In this document: positions 46,915 to 57,653 of the stretch, in pieces
How positions within the stretch are numbered: the stretch's first letter is position 1
Layout: the number at the start of each line of letters is the position of its first letter
Assembly: GCA_963695875.1 (NCBI GenBank)
Contig: CAVOID010000008.1
Coordinates: 64,001 to 128,000 of the forward strand
Direction: 5' to 3'
DNA length: 64,000 bases
Source of the DNA: an uncultured delta proteobacterium
GTDB taxonomy: Bacteria; Desulfobacterota; Syntrophia; Syntrophales; UBA2185
Program-made: the position numbers and the translations under genes
The notes under the pieces: generated by a model
Told to the model about the DNA's origin: nothing
The model's input: only the letters and a program-made list of their open reading frames with translations
Database searches by the model: none

Positions 46915-48276
46915 TTAATGGAGATGCCTTTCCATTATATCGTGGAGAACATTCTCGACCATTTCCTTTATGACATGTAAGCGTTCCTCTGTTAAGGCCT
47001 CAAACCGCAGGACTAAAACAGGCTGAGTATTGGATGAACGTACGAGTCCCCATCCATCGGTAAATGGAATTCGTACACCATCGACGTCAATAATTTTATA
47101 GTACTTCCTGAAATGCGCTTTGACCTCCTCAACCACATGAAACTTAATATGGTCCGGACAGTCTACCCTAATTTCAGGGGTAGTGAAGGTTCTGGGAACG
47201 TCAGAAAGGAGTTCACTGATTTTTTTACCTGAAGTGGATATGATTTCCAGCAATCTGATAGAGGCATAGATAGCATCGTCAAAACCGAAATACCTGTCGG
47301 CAAAGAACATATGACCGCTCATTTCACCGGCCAGGGATGCTTTTTCCTCCTTCATTTTGCTCTTTATCAAAGAGTGACCTGCCTTCCACATGATCGGCCT
47401 ACCGCCATGTTTTTCAATGTCTTCATAGAGCTTTTGCGAGCACTTAACCTCGCCAATAATTGTTGCACCAGGGGTTTTCTGCAGTATAAATCTGGAAAAA
47501 AGCAAAAGAAGTTCATCTCCCCAGAGGACATCACCCTGGTCAGTTATTACACCAATTCGATCGGCATCGCCGTCATATGCAATGCCGATATCGGCCTTTT
47601 TCTTTTTGACGAGAGCGATCAGTTCAGTAAGATTTTCTAAAACAGTCGGATCTGGAAAATGGTTAGGGAACCCGCCATCCGGGTTGCAGTAAATGCCAGA
47701 TACCTTACAGCCGAATCGATTAAGAAGGGGGAGTGCGAAAAAGCCTCCCACACCATTTCCACCGTCTAAAACAATATTCAGGCCTTCTTTTACTTCTACG
47801 TTGTTAAATAAATAATCTTCATACGGTTTGGAAATATCTCTAAAAAGGAAAGCTCCTTTTCCAGATACGTACTTGTTACTTTCCATTAGTTTTCTCAGTT
47901 CCTGGATTTCCTGTCCATAGATAGTATCGGGTCCCACGCATATCTTGAAGCCGTTGAATTCGGGTGGATTGTGACTTCCTGTAACCATCACGCCTCCGTC
48001 CGCGCTAAAATGCCTTATGGAAAAATAAAGCATGGGAGTGGCGCAAAGACCAACATCGATGATATTTACACCGGTAGAAGTAATCCCTTGTCTGATGACA
48101 TCACAGTATTCGGGAGAACTGAGACGGCAATCCATTCCAAGGGTCATTAACTTAACACCTCGGGAGACAGCGTAGGTCCCGGTCGCCCTTCCAAGATTGT
48201 AAACAAAGTCAAAGTTAAGATCTCTGTCTACGATGCCCCGCACATCATACTCTCTGAAAACATCAGGATTTATCAT
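46915..48276 (-). CDS. Phosphomannomutase/phosphoglucomutase
   Basis: FREYDVRG, TGSHNP, DGDADR, GEMSGH, RSSNTQP. Confidence 0.96.
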   Translation of the reverse strand: MINPDVFREYDVRGIVDRDLNFDFVYNLGRATGTYAVSRGVKLMTLGMDCRLSSPEYCDVIRQGITSTGVNIIDVGLCATPMLYFSIRHFSADGGVMVTGSHNPPEFNGFKICVGPDTIYGQEIQELRKLMESNKYVSGKGAFLFRDISKPYEDYLFNNVEVKEGLNIVLDGGNGVGGFFALPLLNRFGCKVSGIYCNPDGGFPNHFPDPTVLENLTELIALVKKKKADIGIAYDGDADRIGVITDQGDVLWGDELLLLFSRFILQKTPGATIIGEVKCSQKLYEDIEKHGGRPIMWKAGHSLIKSKMKEEKASLAGEMSGHMFFADRYFGFDDAIYASIRLLEIISTSGKKISELLSDVPRTFTTPEIRVDCPDHIKFHVVEEVKAHFRKYYKIIDVDGVRIPFTDGWGLVRSSNTQPVLVLRFEALTEERLHVIKEMVENVLHDIMERHLH

Positions 48277-48287
48277 AGTACAGATAT

Positions 48288-49328
48288 TTATAGACTAGAG
48301 AACTCTTTTAAATTGACGTGTTTTTTGATCATTCGTTCTATGAGAAGGATTTTATCAGTATCATCTTTCTGAAGTAAGGGTTCTATCAAGTCTATCTGTT
48401 TTGCAATCTGATATGTATCCGGAGATACAAGAAGGAGGGGAATTTTTCGTTCAGACGCCTTTGAAATGAGTTCTGAGGACGGTTCAATATTACATGTAAG
48501 TATAATAGCCGAGGTGCTGCTTTCCAGAGCGGCGGAAATCATATCCGTGCGGTCTCCGCTGGTAATAACGACTTTGTTTTCTTCTCGAAAAACAGGGCTC
48601 TTGATTGCAGCACTAGCGGACATGGAGCCTATGATAATATTTTTTGCCGGACGATTCAGATACGATTCACCTGAAATAATCTTAGCAAACAGACGATCTG
48701 CCAGAAAATTGACTGTAAATTGCGGCAATTCTTCGTAATATGGAATTATCCCAAGTACATTTATATCCAATTGCTTTATCTTGGGTAGGTGAATGTCGTT
48801 GAAGTCTTCCAGGTGGGGCACTTTATTGATAATAATTCCCTTGAAGTTGGCCGTGCCTAAATTAATATGGTTTTTCAAAAAGATGATATCGTCAATAATC
48901 GTTTCTTCTTTTCCGCTGATTACGATAACTAATTCAGCAGCTATAGACTTTGCTAAAGATATGGCATCAAGATAAACAGAAACACCGTATGAGATTTCCT
49001 TACCGCCTTCGACAAACAAGATATCCTTATCTTTGCCAACACTTTCTTGCAAATCTATTACTTTCTGCGTGATTGTTTCTTTGTCGAATATATAGAGAAG
49101 CCTGGCATGGTCAAACCCAATGCTCATTTCCGCAGGGTCTAGTTCCAGACCGAATATGCCGTTAATCAGTGCAGTGTCATAATCCCAGAGTCTTTTTTTA
49201 CGATACAGTAGCCTGTCTCCAAAAGGTTTTATATAGCCTATATTTTTATGTAATGCCTTTGCTAATCCGATGATTATACTCGTTTTACCCGCATTAGGAT
49301 GCATGGATGTCATTACCAGCCTATACAT
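48288..49328 (-). CDS. Stand-alone Pta N-terminal-like protein (BioD-like P-loop + DRTGG)
   Basis: NAGKT, GYIKPFG, FVEG, IINK, ITSGDRTD; no phosphotransacetylase catalytic domain. Confidence 0.85.
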   Translation of the reverse strand: MYRLVMTSMHPNAGKTSIIIGLAKALHKNIGYIKPFGDRLLYRKKRLWDYDTALINGIFGLELDPAEMSIGFDHARLLYIFDKETITQKVIDLQESVGKDKDILFVEGGKEISYGVSVYLDAISLAKSIAAELVIVISGKEETIIDDIIFLKNHINLGTANFKGIIINKVPHLEDFNDIHLPKIKQLDINVLGIIPYYEELPQFTVNFLADRLFAKIISGESYLNRPAKNIIIGSMSASAAIKSPVFREENKVVITSGDRTDMISAALESSTSAIILTCNIEPSSELISKASERKIPLLLVSPDTYQIAKQIDLIEPLLQKDDTDKILLIERMIKKHVNLKEFSSL

Positions 49329-49366
49329 ATATCATACCTCTCAATAATTTTATGAAGGAGAAAATT

Positions 49367-51276
49367 TTATAATTCTCGTCTGCTCTCAGGAGCCCTGAAA
49401 GCCATTTTCAAATGATAGACGCCAGATTCAGCCTGTCTTGTGATATCAAATCCACCCTGCTCAAAAACTTGAAGCATGGGTCTATTATCAACAAGGACTT
49501 CGGCGGTAAAACCAAGCAAACCTTCTCTCTTTGCAAGGTAGGTAAGGTAGGATAATAATTCACTCCCGATGCCTCTGTTCTGATAATCATCCCTCACAGC
49601 AACAGCAACTTCCGCTGTATGTGTGGATTCGTCAACCCCATACTGACCTAATCCCACGATGATTTCACTTTCCTGATACCTGATAATTGCCAGGATTGAG
49701 ACTTCCTTCGTGTAGTCGATGACAACAAAATCCTGTAAACGTTCGTGCGGTATGTCCGTCCGCCATGACATGAATCTGCGGTGCAGGCTTCTGTCCGAAA
49801 GAGCGTAGAAAAAATCCTTCAACAAGGGTTCATCGGTTATTTTAACGGGTCTCAAAAAGAGATGAAATCCCGTCTTCGTGGTTCTGTATGTTTCCAGGTC
49901 TTCCGGGTATCTGCCCCGCTCACCCGGTATGTATGCCTGATCATGGTATATCAGTCCTCTCTTCTTTGCCTCTTCAATAAGCCAGGGGCGGAATTTCGGA
50001 TGCGCGATTGAGATCAATGCCATGGCTCGCTCCCGTATGTTTTTGCCGTGCAGATATGCGATTCCGTTTTCGGTTACAACATAGCGGACATCAGCCCGAC
50101 TCAGGGTAACGCCGGCTTGAGCACTCAGGGCAGGCACAATTCTGGATACGCCATCGTTTGCCGCTGTTGATTTCATTGCCAGGATAGTTTTGCCGTTCCT
50201 TGCAAGGAGCGCACCTCTCATGAAATCGTGAAAACCACCTATCCCGCTGTAAAACATACTGCCGATAGATTCTGAAGTGGCCTGTCCTGTAAGGTCTATT
50301 TCAAGGGCGCTATTGATGGCGACTATGTTGTCATTTCGGGCGATAATCATGGGGTTGTTTGTGTAATCAACAGTTCTGAATACTATGGAGGGATTATCGT
50401 GAATATACTCGTAGGTCTCTTTCTTAGCCATGCAGAAGGTGGCTACTGTCTTTCCGCGATTCAAGGTCTTTTTCGAGTTGTCTATCACACCGGCCTTGAT
50501 CAAGCTTACAATACCCTCGGTCAGAAGCTCCGTATGAATGCCCAAATTCTTCTTATTGTAAAGATGTGCCATGATGGCATTGGGAATGCTCCCATAACCC
50601 ACCTGCAGTGTATCACCATCCTGAATAAGGCGAGAAACATAAATTCCTATTCGCTGTAGGGATAGTGTCTTCTCTTCAGAAAATGCTCTCTGAATTTCGA
50701 GCAGTGGTGCATCATGGGGTATTATAAAATTCACGTCTCGATATGAATAAAGCCGTCTCCGTGAATACGAGGCATGTAAGAGTTCACCTGGGCGATCACC
50801 AGAGAGGCCTTTTCCGTTGCCGACTTAACCATGTCCACGCTGACGCCAAGGCTCAGAAAACCGTGCTCATCGGGCAGGCTGGTCTGTATTAGTGCAACGT
50901 CTATGGGCACAATACCGCCACTGATCAATGCCGGTATGTCTGAAAGGGATATGGGGGTATAGTCTGCAGCTCCCTTATTGTACGGGCTCTCTTGTGTTAT
51001 TACCGATGAAAAAGGAATTGTGACGAAAATTGCTCTTGAACTTTTCATCAGTGTAGGGAGCTATGCCAAGAGAATATATTTGTATGATTTCCGCATCAAA
51101 AAGTGCCTTGGGGTGAGATTCCACATAATTGGTCATCGCGCTTATGAGATACTGTGGTTCACCACAACCTGATGTGACAAATATATGATGACCTCGGCGG
51201 ATATGGCCGAATATCTCGTCCTCACTGGCAAATTTTTCCGGAGGACCTATCCATTCTTCCAGCGAGTGTCTTCCAT
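49367..51276 (-). CDS. Acetyl-CoA hydrolase/CoA-transferase-GNAT fusion, copy A, with indels near 51245, 50980 and 50735
   Basis: GCGEPQ, SLGVSVD, LQVGYG, LGIHTE, YSGIGG..DFMRG, VVTENG, HPKFR; C-terminal GNAT AEVAVAVRDDYQNRGIG. Confidence 0.88.
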
Positions 51277-51407
51277 GGGTTCAAAGTGCGTCATAAAAAT
51301 AGCCTCTGCGTGGCGAGTATTCTGTTGCCGAACATCCTGTCTGCATGAGGACTGGTTGCAAGTCCCGTTTGATTATAACGCGAGTAAAGACTATACTCTG
51401 ATAGCTA

Positions 51408-51443
51408 AGATTGACGTCGCTTCGCTCCTCACAATGACACGGG
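51408..51443 (-). repeat. REP-like palindromic element of the gtcattgcgaggagcgaagcgac type
   Basis: Minus strand cccgtgtcattgtgaggagcgaagcgacgtcaatct (reads CHCEERSD). Confidence 0.55.
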
Positions 51444-51553
51444 ATATCAATTTTCAAAGTCGGAATAATGTTTTCCACGCTCAAACTAATCGATAAGTCA
51501 TATTTCTGTCAAGAAAAGAATGCCGTGGATAAGCGTGAATCCGTACATTTTTC

Positions 51554-52308
51554 TTACAATTTTACATTAACCGTTCTGGTACGGTGGACTTCAATGAAGA
51601 GGATTTCAAAAATAGGTATGAGAGAAAAATTATGCGACTCTAGGGAAGATACATCGACTATACCTGCCGCTTTGGCAATGATGATATCTGCTCCCGCTTT
51701 TACAAGGTCATTCGATGATGAATATCCTGACAGGACACCTACTGTGAAGGCTCCCACTTCTTTGCCGAGTGTGATATCCATGGGATGATCCCCGACCATG
51801 AATGCGAATTCCGGAGTCACATCGAGTGATTCAAGAGCTGTCAGGAGATGTTCAGGGTGAGGTTTGACGTTGCGAGTCATTTCTCTTGTTATAACGGCAT
51901 CGCAATAGGTCGTGGATATCGGGAAATACCTCCAAAACCGCCGATTGACAGTTCCTGGTCACAACTCCCGTTTTGATCATTACGGTTTTTCAGATCGACA
52001 AGCATATCCCGCGTTCCATCTATAAGCTCCCCTTTTTTTGCCGCATCGACTTCAATAGTTTCAATCAAGTCGATGTGCCTGTTCTGTAAAGTAGTTCTTT
52101 CTCCCGGGATGTTTTTGGGAGATTAATGCCTTCCCTGCATCTACCATCTCCAGAACAAAGAGATTGCGAAGTCCATCCAGTGGTACTCCGTAAGATTCGA
52201 TTAGACGGATAACATCTTTCCGCATGTTGGAGAAATTGATGTTCAGTTTTGCCAGATGTACCGTCGAAGTCAAAAACAACGGCATTTATTGATCTTGCCG
52301 ACTTTCAA
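51554..52308 (-). CDS. HAD-family hydrolase (phosphoglycolate phosphatase-like), several frameshifts
   Basis: Joined frames give AVVFDFDGT, GVVTRN, KPHPEH, MVGDHPMD. Confidence 0.8.
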
Positions 52309-53456
52309 GAGTGGTATGTTTCCTTCAGGTATTTTTCCAGACGACTTATGCCTTCTCGTATGTTCTCAATGGAATTTGCATAGGAAAATCGTAAATAACC
52401 CTCGCAGTTTATGCCAAAGTCAATACCCGGGGTTACACCTACACGGGCCTTTTCGAGAATGTCAAATGCCATTTTGTATGAGTCATGCGAGAACGACTTT
52501 ATATTCCCGAGTACGTAAAAAGCACCGGTAGGTTCTACTTTGACGCCAAGTCCAATTTCCCGAAGCCTCCTGATTAAAAATTTTCTTCTTTCGTTATAAA
52601 TGTTTCTCATACGGATAACTTCATTGCCGGCTTCCCGCAAGGCAGTTACTCCAGCCCATTGAACGAAGGAATTGGCGGATATGAAAAGGTTCTGCAGCAG
52701 CTTCTGTATTGGTCTGATATAGTGTTTCGGCGCAATCAAATATCCGAGACGCCATCCTGTCATAGCGTAGGCCTTGGAGAAACCATTGAAGTACAAAGGC
52801 ATTGTCCGTAAACTCAAGTATACTGTGTTCCTTATCTTCATAGACAAGGCCATGGTAGATTTCATCGGATATTACCGGCACACCCAGTGAAGTGATTTCT
52901 GCCATTCTCTCGGCACTGAAGGAGGTTCCCTGTCGGATTGGAGGGAGAGTTTATTACAATGCCTTTCGTACGTTTGGTCATCTTTTCCTTTATTGCCTCG
53001 AAGGTATATTGGAACCCTTCTTCTTCATATACATTTACGGAAACAGGAGTGCCCTCAAAGAATCTTATGAAGTTGGGATAACAGGCATAATGAGGATCTG
53101 AAATGATGATCTCGTCACTCTTATTGAGTATCGTAGCGAAGAGGACCAGCATGGCAGGTGAGGTCCCGGAAGTTACCACGACTCGATCGGGTGAGATTGT
53201 GACGCTGATATTTATCAAAGTAGTGCTCACAGATTGCTTCTCTCAGTTCAAGAAGTCCAAGACTATGAGTGTAATGGGTCTCTCCATTTCTCATAGCCCG
53301 GTAGCATGCTTCCCTGATGCACTCCGGTGTATCAAAATCGGGTTCACCAACTTCAAGATGAATGATATCCTCGCCTCTCCGCTGCATCTCCTGGGCTTTT
53401 TCAAGGACATCCATGACAATGAAAGGAAGGATCTCAGATGCTCTTTTTGTTATCAT
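52305..53456 (-). CDS. Class I PLP-dependent aminotransferase, at least 3 frameshifts
   Basis: HLEVGEPDFDTP, TSGTSPA, INSPSNPTG, ISDEIYHGL, NGFSKAYAMTGWRLGY, LRFSYA spread over four ORFs. Confidence 0.88.
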
Positions 53457-53585
53457 TGAATTAATTAGTGACCTCACTTATAGAAGATGACTGTGAAGCG
53501 TTCTTTTTAGGGTAAAGAGAGTTTCACATACGAGTGCTATCGTAAGTAGCTTTCTGATTAGGCCTTGTCAATAAAAAATAAAATG

Positions 53586-54461
53586 TCATTCTTGATAACC
53601 CGTTATGTATTCAGGTCCCAGCGTTCTTCTTATGATTCTTTTTGCATGGTAATCCGGCATTTCAAAATCAAGGACAATGTTCAGAAAATTCATTATGATA
53701 TAGAAAGTAGCCCCCCACAGGATCTCTTCATTGCCTTGATTATCATGAACGATAAGGCACGGAAATTCCCTAGGTACACCTCTATTCGTCTTCGACTGGT
53801 CCGAAGTCTCAACATTATAAAGTCCGTAATTTCTTTCATTGAAAAAAGTCTTCAGGGGAATTTCTACGATACTCTCTACCTCTGGATTGGGATGAAAGGG
53901 CCATTCCTTTCTCACAAAACAGACGAGGGGGAAAATTGTCCTTTTGAAGAGAAGCAGGGAATATGTGGGGAGGGGGCCTTGAAAAAGTATATTCCAGGGT
54001 CTAAGCCCAGTTTCTTCCCAAGCTTCCCTCATGGCATTAGTCAGAAAAAGGGTAATCATCCGGGAGGTATCAGTGTCCCTCATATGAACGTATTTAAGTG
54101 CTCTTCCCTGCAAAGCCGGGACTAGTCCGCTTGTAATAAAGAACCTCAGTAGAGGATCCAAATAATTATGCAACAAGCCGCCCGGACAACTGAGGTCACC
54201 GGGCTGAGTAACTCTCGAGGAGCGCTTGATAAGCTGGAAAAAAAATTCACCATCATTGTCCATTGGCGATTTATTATTGCTCCTGAAATGCAGAAGCAGC
54301 AAAACACCTGCAGCGAGATGAGATTCCTCAGGTTTGCTTGTAGATTGAACGAAACGCATTTTTTCCGTGAAATCAATTGGAAATTTGCCGAGTCTCTCTA
54401 CAATCGATGTGAGAAATCGTTCTTTATTCGACAGGCATCCAGTATCTATAGCGCTAATCAT
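53586..54461 (-). CDS. Nudix hydrolase, CoA-pyrophosphatase-like, with insertion in the Nudix box
   Basis: AAGVLLLL, KRS...QPGDLSCPGG, REAWEETGL, NPEVE, LWGAT. Confidence 0.82.
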   Translation of the reverse strand: MISAIDTGCLSNKERFLTSIVERLGKFPIDFTEKMRFVQSTSKPEESHLAAGVLLLLHFRSNNKSPMDNDGEFFFQLIKRSSRVTQPGDLSCPGGLLHNYLDPLLRFFITSGLVPALQGRALKYVHMRDTDTSRMITLFLTNAMREAWEETGLRPWNILFQGPLPTYSLLLFKRTIFPLVCFVRKEWPFHPNPEVESIVEIPLKTFFNERNYGLYNVETSDQSKTNRGVPREFPCLIVHDNQGNEEILWGATFYIIMNFLNIVLDFEMPDYHAKRIIRRTLGPEYITGYQE

Positions 54462-55435
54462 ATTTCTTCCATCTGACGGACAATTTTCTCAATTTCCCCT
54501 TCATACCAGCGTCTGAAAGGGAAAAAATCAATGAATCCGCAATGCCCTCCATATGGTTGAATAGAAAGTCGCAGATACGTGTTTCCTCTTAATCCATAGA
54601 TGTCATCAATGGGTATTATTGGGTCGTCTTTAGATGCAATGATTGTAACAGGTATGGAAAGATCGCCAAAAATATTATTCCGCAAAGTATATTGATTAAA
54701 GTATTCCCGATAATTGTGAAAATCCGGATAATAGGGCATGATGGCTTCTGTAAGGGCCATACATGTCTTAATTCTCATGATATCGGCAAAATCGTATTGT
54801 TCAGGAAAAAGGGCTTGTTTTTTTCTTAGAGAACTTTTCCACTTGTGGAGGAAGTAATATCGATAGATCGGGATACTTTCATCAATTGACAAAGTTGCTT
54901 TATAGGGGTCAAGAGCAGGACTTATTGAGATAATATGTTTAAGGCTCGGGATTCTCGTAAGGGTATGTTTCAGCGCTATGCGAAGTGCAAAATTTCCACC
55001 TAGAGAAAAGCCGATGACATAGTATGGCTTTCCTTTGGACAGATGTGAGATATTGCGAACGCCATGAAATGTCTCTTCTATGAGAGCTCCATGAAAAAGG
55101 CCTCCGTTCAGGTGATGAGAGTTGCCATGGTCTCTTAGATTAAGCCGGAATACATCATAACCTTTATTGTACAGATATTTTGCCGTAGACAGTATGTAAG
55201 TCGAATCTGCACTGCCTTCCCACCCATGGATCAGCGTGACGAGGCCAATACTGCTATTTGCGGGCTGTAAGGAGTGGTAGCCAAGAAGACGGACATCATT
55301 TCCGCCTTCGACGATCATGTCTCTCGTGAAGTTGACCATGGGATGTCGACTCCGGGATCGAATCTTTAAGCTGCCTAAAAGAGTCTGTATGTGGGGATTT
55401 CTAGCCCATGGTTTTGGGACGAATATTTCACTCAT
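54458..55435 (-). CDS. YheT-like alpha/beta hydrolase
   Basis: NPHIQT, HGWEGS, GFSLGG, DDPII, GGHCGF. Confidence 0.9.
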   Translation of the reverse strand: MSEIFVPKPWARNPHIQTLLGSLKIRSRSRHPMVNFTRDMIVEGGNDVRLLGYHSLQPANSSIGLVTLIHGWEGSADSTYILSTAKYLYNKGYDVFRLNLRDHGNSHHLNGGLFHGALIEETFHGVRNISHLSKGKPYYVIGFSLGGNFALRIALKHTLTRIPSLKHIISISPALDPYKATLSIDESIPIYRYYFLHKWKSSLRKKQALFPEQYDFADIMRIKTCMALTEAIMPYYPDFHNYREYFNQYTLRNNIFGDLSIPVTIIASKDDPIIPIDDIYGLRGNTYLRLSIQPYGGHCGFIDFFPFRRWYEGEIEKIVRQMEEI

Positions 55436-55514
55436 GAGGAAATTACCAATTACCCCTATATACCGTTAACATTAAGTTCTTGGTCCGCCTTGTTTCGATT
55501 TAAGTGTGGATGTA

Positions 55515-55542
55515 CAAAAGCCCGGCTTGGTGCCAGGCTTTG
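55515..55542 (-). terminator. Terminator after tRNA-Met
   Basis: Minus strand caaagcctggc-accaa-gccgggcttttg. Confidence 0.6.
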
Positions 55543-55553
55543 AATAATCACAA

Positions 55554-55630
55554 TGGTGGCGGTGCAGGGAATCGAACCCCGGACACTACGGATATGAGCC
55601 GTATGCTCTAACCGTCTGAGCTACACCGCC
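55554..55630 (-). tRNA. tRNA-Met(CAT), probably elongator
   Basis: GGCGGTG/CACCGCC acceptor stem (paired 1-72, so not initiator), tacgg-ctCATat-ccgta, GGTTCGATTCC, CCA. Confidence 0.95.
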
Positions 55631-55762
55631 ATGATGTAATTAAAATTAATGCTTTGAAGTACTTAATGTGCCCATGTTAGAAATTTGATTTAGTACATTC
55701 ATCTTTATAAAAAGCAAAGAGAATTAGAAATTAATATAAAAAACTAACATGAATGTCAATCC

Positions 55763-57460
55763 CTATTGAGTCTTATCTTGCGTACTCATTTTATAAGAGA
55801 CAATGACGCTTTTATCTGAAACAGATGCACCAGTAGACAGAACAAGGGCGAGCACTACCTCGTTTTGTCCGTCATTGTCTATGTCTTTAAACTGGTAGTC
55901 CGCCACGTAGCCGTTGATCTTTCTCGTTTTCCAGTTTTCAACAAGGCCTAGACCATCCCATTCCAGATCGTAGACCTCGCTTGATGTAAAGAGCCGGATA
56001 TTCTTGAATAGTCTTCCCGAGGAAGATATATTTTTAACGATGATAATTTCTCTCTTGCCATCCTTATTGGCATCGAGTGTCAAAATTCTTAAATTAATAA
56101 AAGTAAATTTATTTTCATCATCCCGCAGAAGATCATCATTTACTATAACGGTGTTGCTTCCCCCATACACTTCATCACTCTTCCAGAGACGTTCATTACT
56201 CCCCCCGAAGGCCTGGAGTCTGACGAGAGGTTTGTCCGTCTGTTCGAATATACTAAGATAATCATTTTCATCAAGTGCTATTATCTTTTCACCACCGGCG
56301 CTTCCCAAACTATCTATGGTGAGGCCATAGACGGAGAGTCCAACGGGGATCTTCATCTTCTTTCCCTCTTTGTATTGCCCGTCTTCCCAAACTATCTCGT
56401 AGATAGGGGTATTAAAGACTTTATCCATTCCCCGGCGCTGCCCTATCAGGAGCGGTCCCGATTCAGTGTTAATCACCCTCAAATACCAGGGCAGCTTTGA
56501 GGCAACCTTGATAAACTTTCCGTCTCTAAATTCAAGGACGAAGGAATCAACAGTATTCCGCGACATACTTGTAACGATAATCTCTTTGATACCGTTCTTA
56601 TTGATATCAGCCACATCCACGGCAATATAATTTTCTGAAGATCTATCCGGTATTTTCTGGATCAGACTAAAATCATTATCTTTTTTTTGATATATCATGA
56701 CATTATGAGTATCAATAATAACAACCTTATTTAAACCGTCACCGGTGACATCTCCAATATCCATACCTCTGAATTCTGTCGAAAATTTTGAACTCATCCA
56801 GAAGCCTTTTCTATCAAGGGGCCTGGAGGCATTTATGAAGTCAGGATTGATTACAGAGGTAATTGTTCCTCTTTTACTCTTCTTAAGTCCTCCGACAATT
56901 TCAGTTTCACGGGCATCCTGGGGGGACTGAGGTTGTGACGCTGAGATTTGTGAGGGTACGGGTACTGAGGAGAAGGTCGATGGTACCATGCCGAGAATAT
57001 GATTATCGATGTTACGAGCAAAGTCGTTGATCTTTAGTATAACTTCATCCATGCCCTGACTTTGAGTAAAAATAGTTACTGTTGATTTATAAGCTGCAAT
57101 GTCGATAAGCTTACCATCTATGCTCAAACTGTTACCGAATTTTGTGATGCTTCCGTAAACAACAAAATCAGCATTCATTTTTTTCCCAAGACCGTAAATG
57201 TCTGCGAGGGTAAGATCTTTTCCCTCCTTTTCCTTCATAGCCTGAAGGACGGTATCCTTGCTGATAACCTCAATCTTCTCATTGACAGTAATACGAGAAG
57301 CCAACATGTCCCATATACCTTGTCTCACATAGTCGATGTTCTCCGCACTATGAACAGCAAAGGGAAGGACAGCCACGGTTTTTTCCCCCTTCGCCTCAAG
57401 TGAGCCTGATACTGTTAATATAAGGAGTAAACATATTGTCAGTTTCATAACGGTTTTCAT
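55763..57460 (-). CDS. Exported protein with TolB-N/CsgG-like N-domain and FG-GAP/VCBS repeats
   Basis: Signal peptide; VAVLPF...ADFVVYGSIT; repeats GDVTGDG, ADINKNGIKEI, DANKDGKREI, DIDNDGQNEV. Confidence 0.82.
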   Translation of the reverse strand: MKTVMKLTICLLLILTVSGSLEAKGEKTVAVLPFAVHSAENIDYVRQGIWDMLASRITVNEKIEVISKDTVLQAMKEKEGKDLTLADIYGLGKKMNADFVVYGSITKFGNSLSIDGKLIDIAAYKSTVTIFTQSQGMDEVILKINDFARNIDNHILGMVPSTFSSVPVPSQISASQPQSPQDARETEIVGGLKKSKRGTITSVINPDFINASRPLDRKGFWMSSKFSTEFRGMDIGDVTGDGLNKVVIIDTHNVMIYQKKDNDFSLIQKIPDRSSENYIAVDVADINKNGIKEIIVTSMSRNTVDSFVLEFRDGKFIKVASKLPWYLRVINTESGPLLIGQRRGMDKVFNTPIYEIVWEDGQYKEGKKMKIPVGLSVYGLTIDSLGSAGGEKIIALDENDYLSIFEQTDKPLVRLQAFGGSNERLWKSDEVYGGSNTVIVNDDLLRDDENKFTFINLRILTLDANKDGKREIIIVKNISSSGRLFKNIRLFTSSEVYDLEWDGLGLVENWKTRKINGYVADYQFKDIDNDGQNEVVLALVLSTGASVSDKSVIVSYKMSTQDKTQ

Positions 57461-57653
57461 AATTTAATCTCCCGATTGGCAGGGACAGTATTCAAGAACC
57501 CGCCCCAAACATGTTATTTACGAAAAGCCTGCATTTAGACCGAGGACTTCATTGGTGTTGCGTCCTTTAACATTTAACATTAATTAATTCAACCTCGTTT
57601 CTTTTAATGGGATAATAATAAATGCCTAAAGTTGCCTCAGGAGCAGTTTTGGA

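Noticed and set aside
51281..51484. 67-aa ORF with CHCEERSD
   Set aside because: Translation of a REP-like palindromic element, not a protein motif
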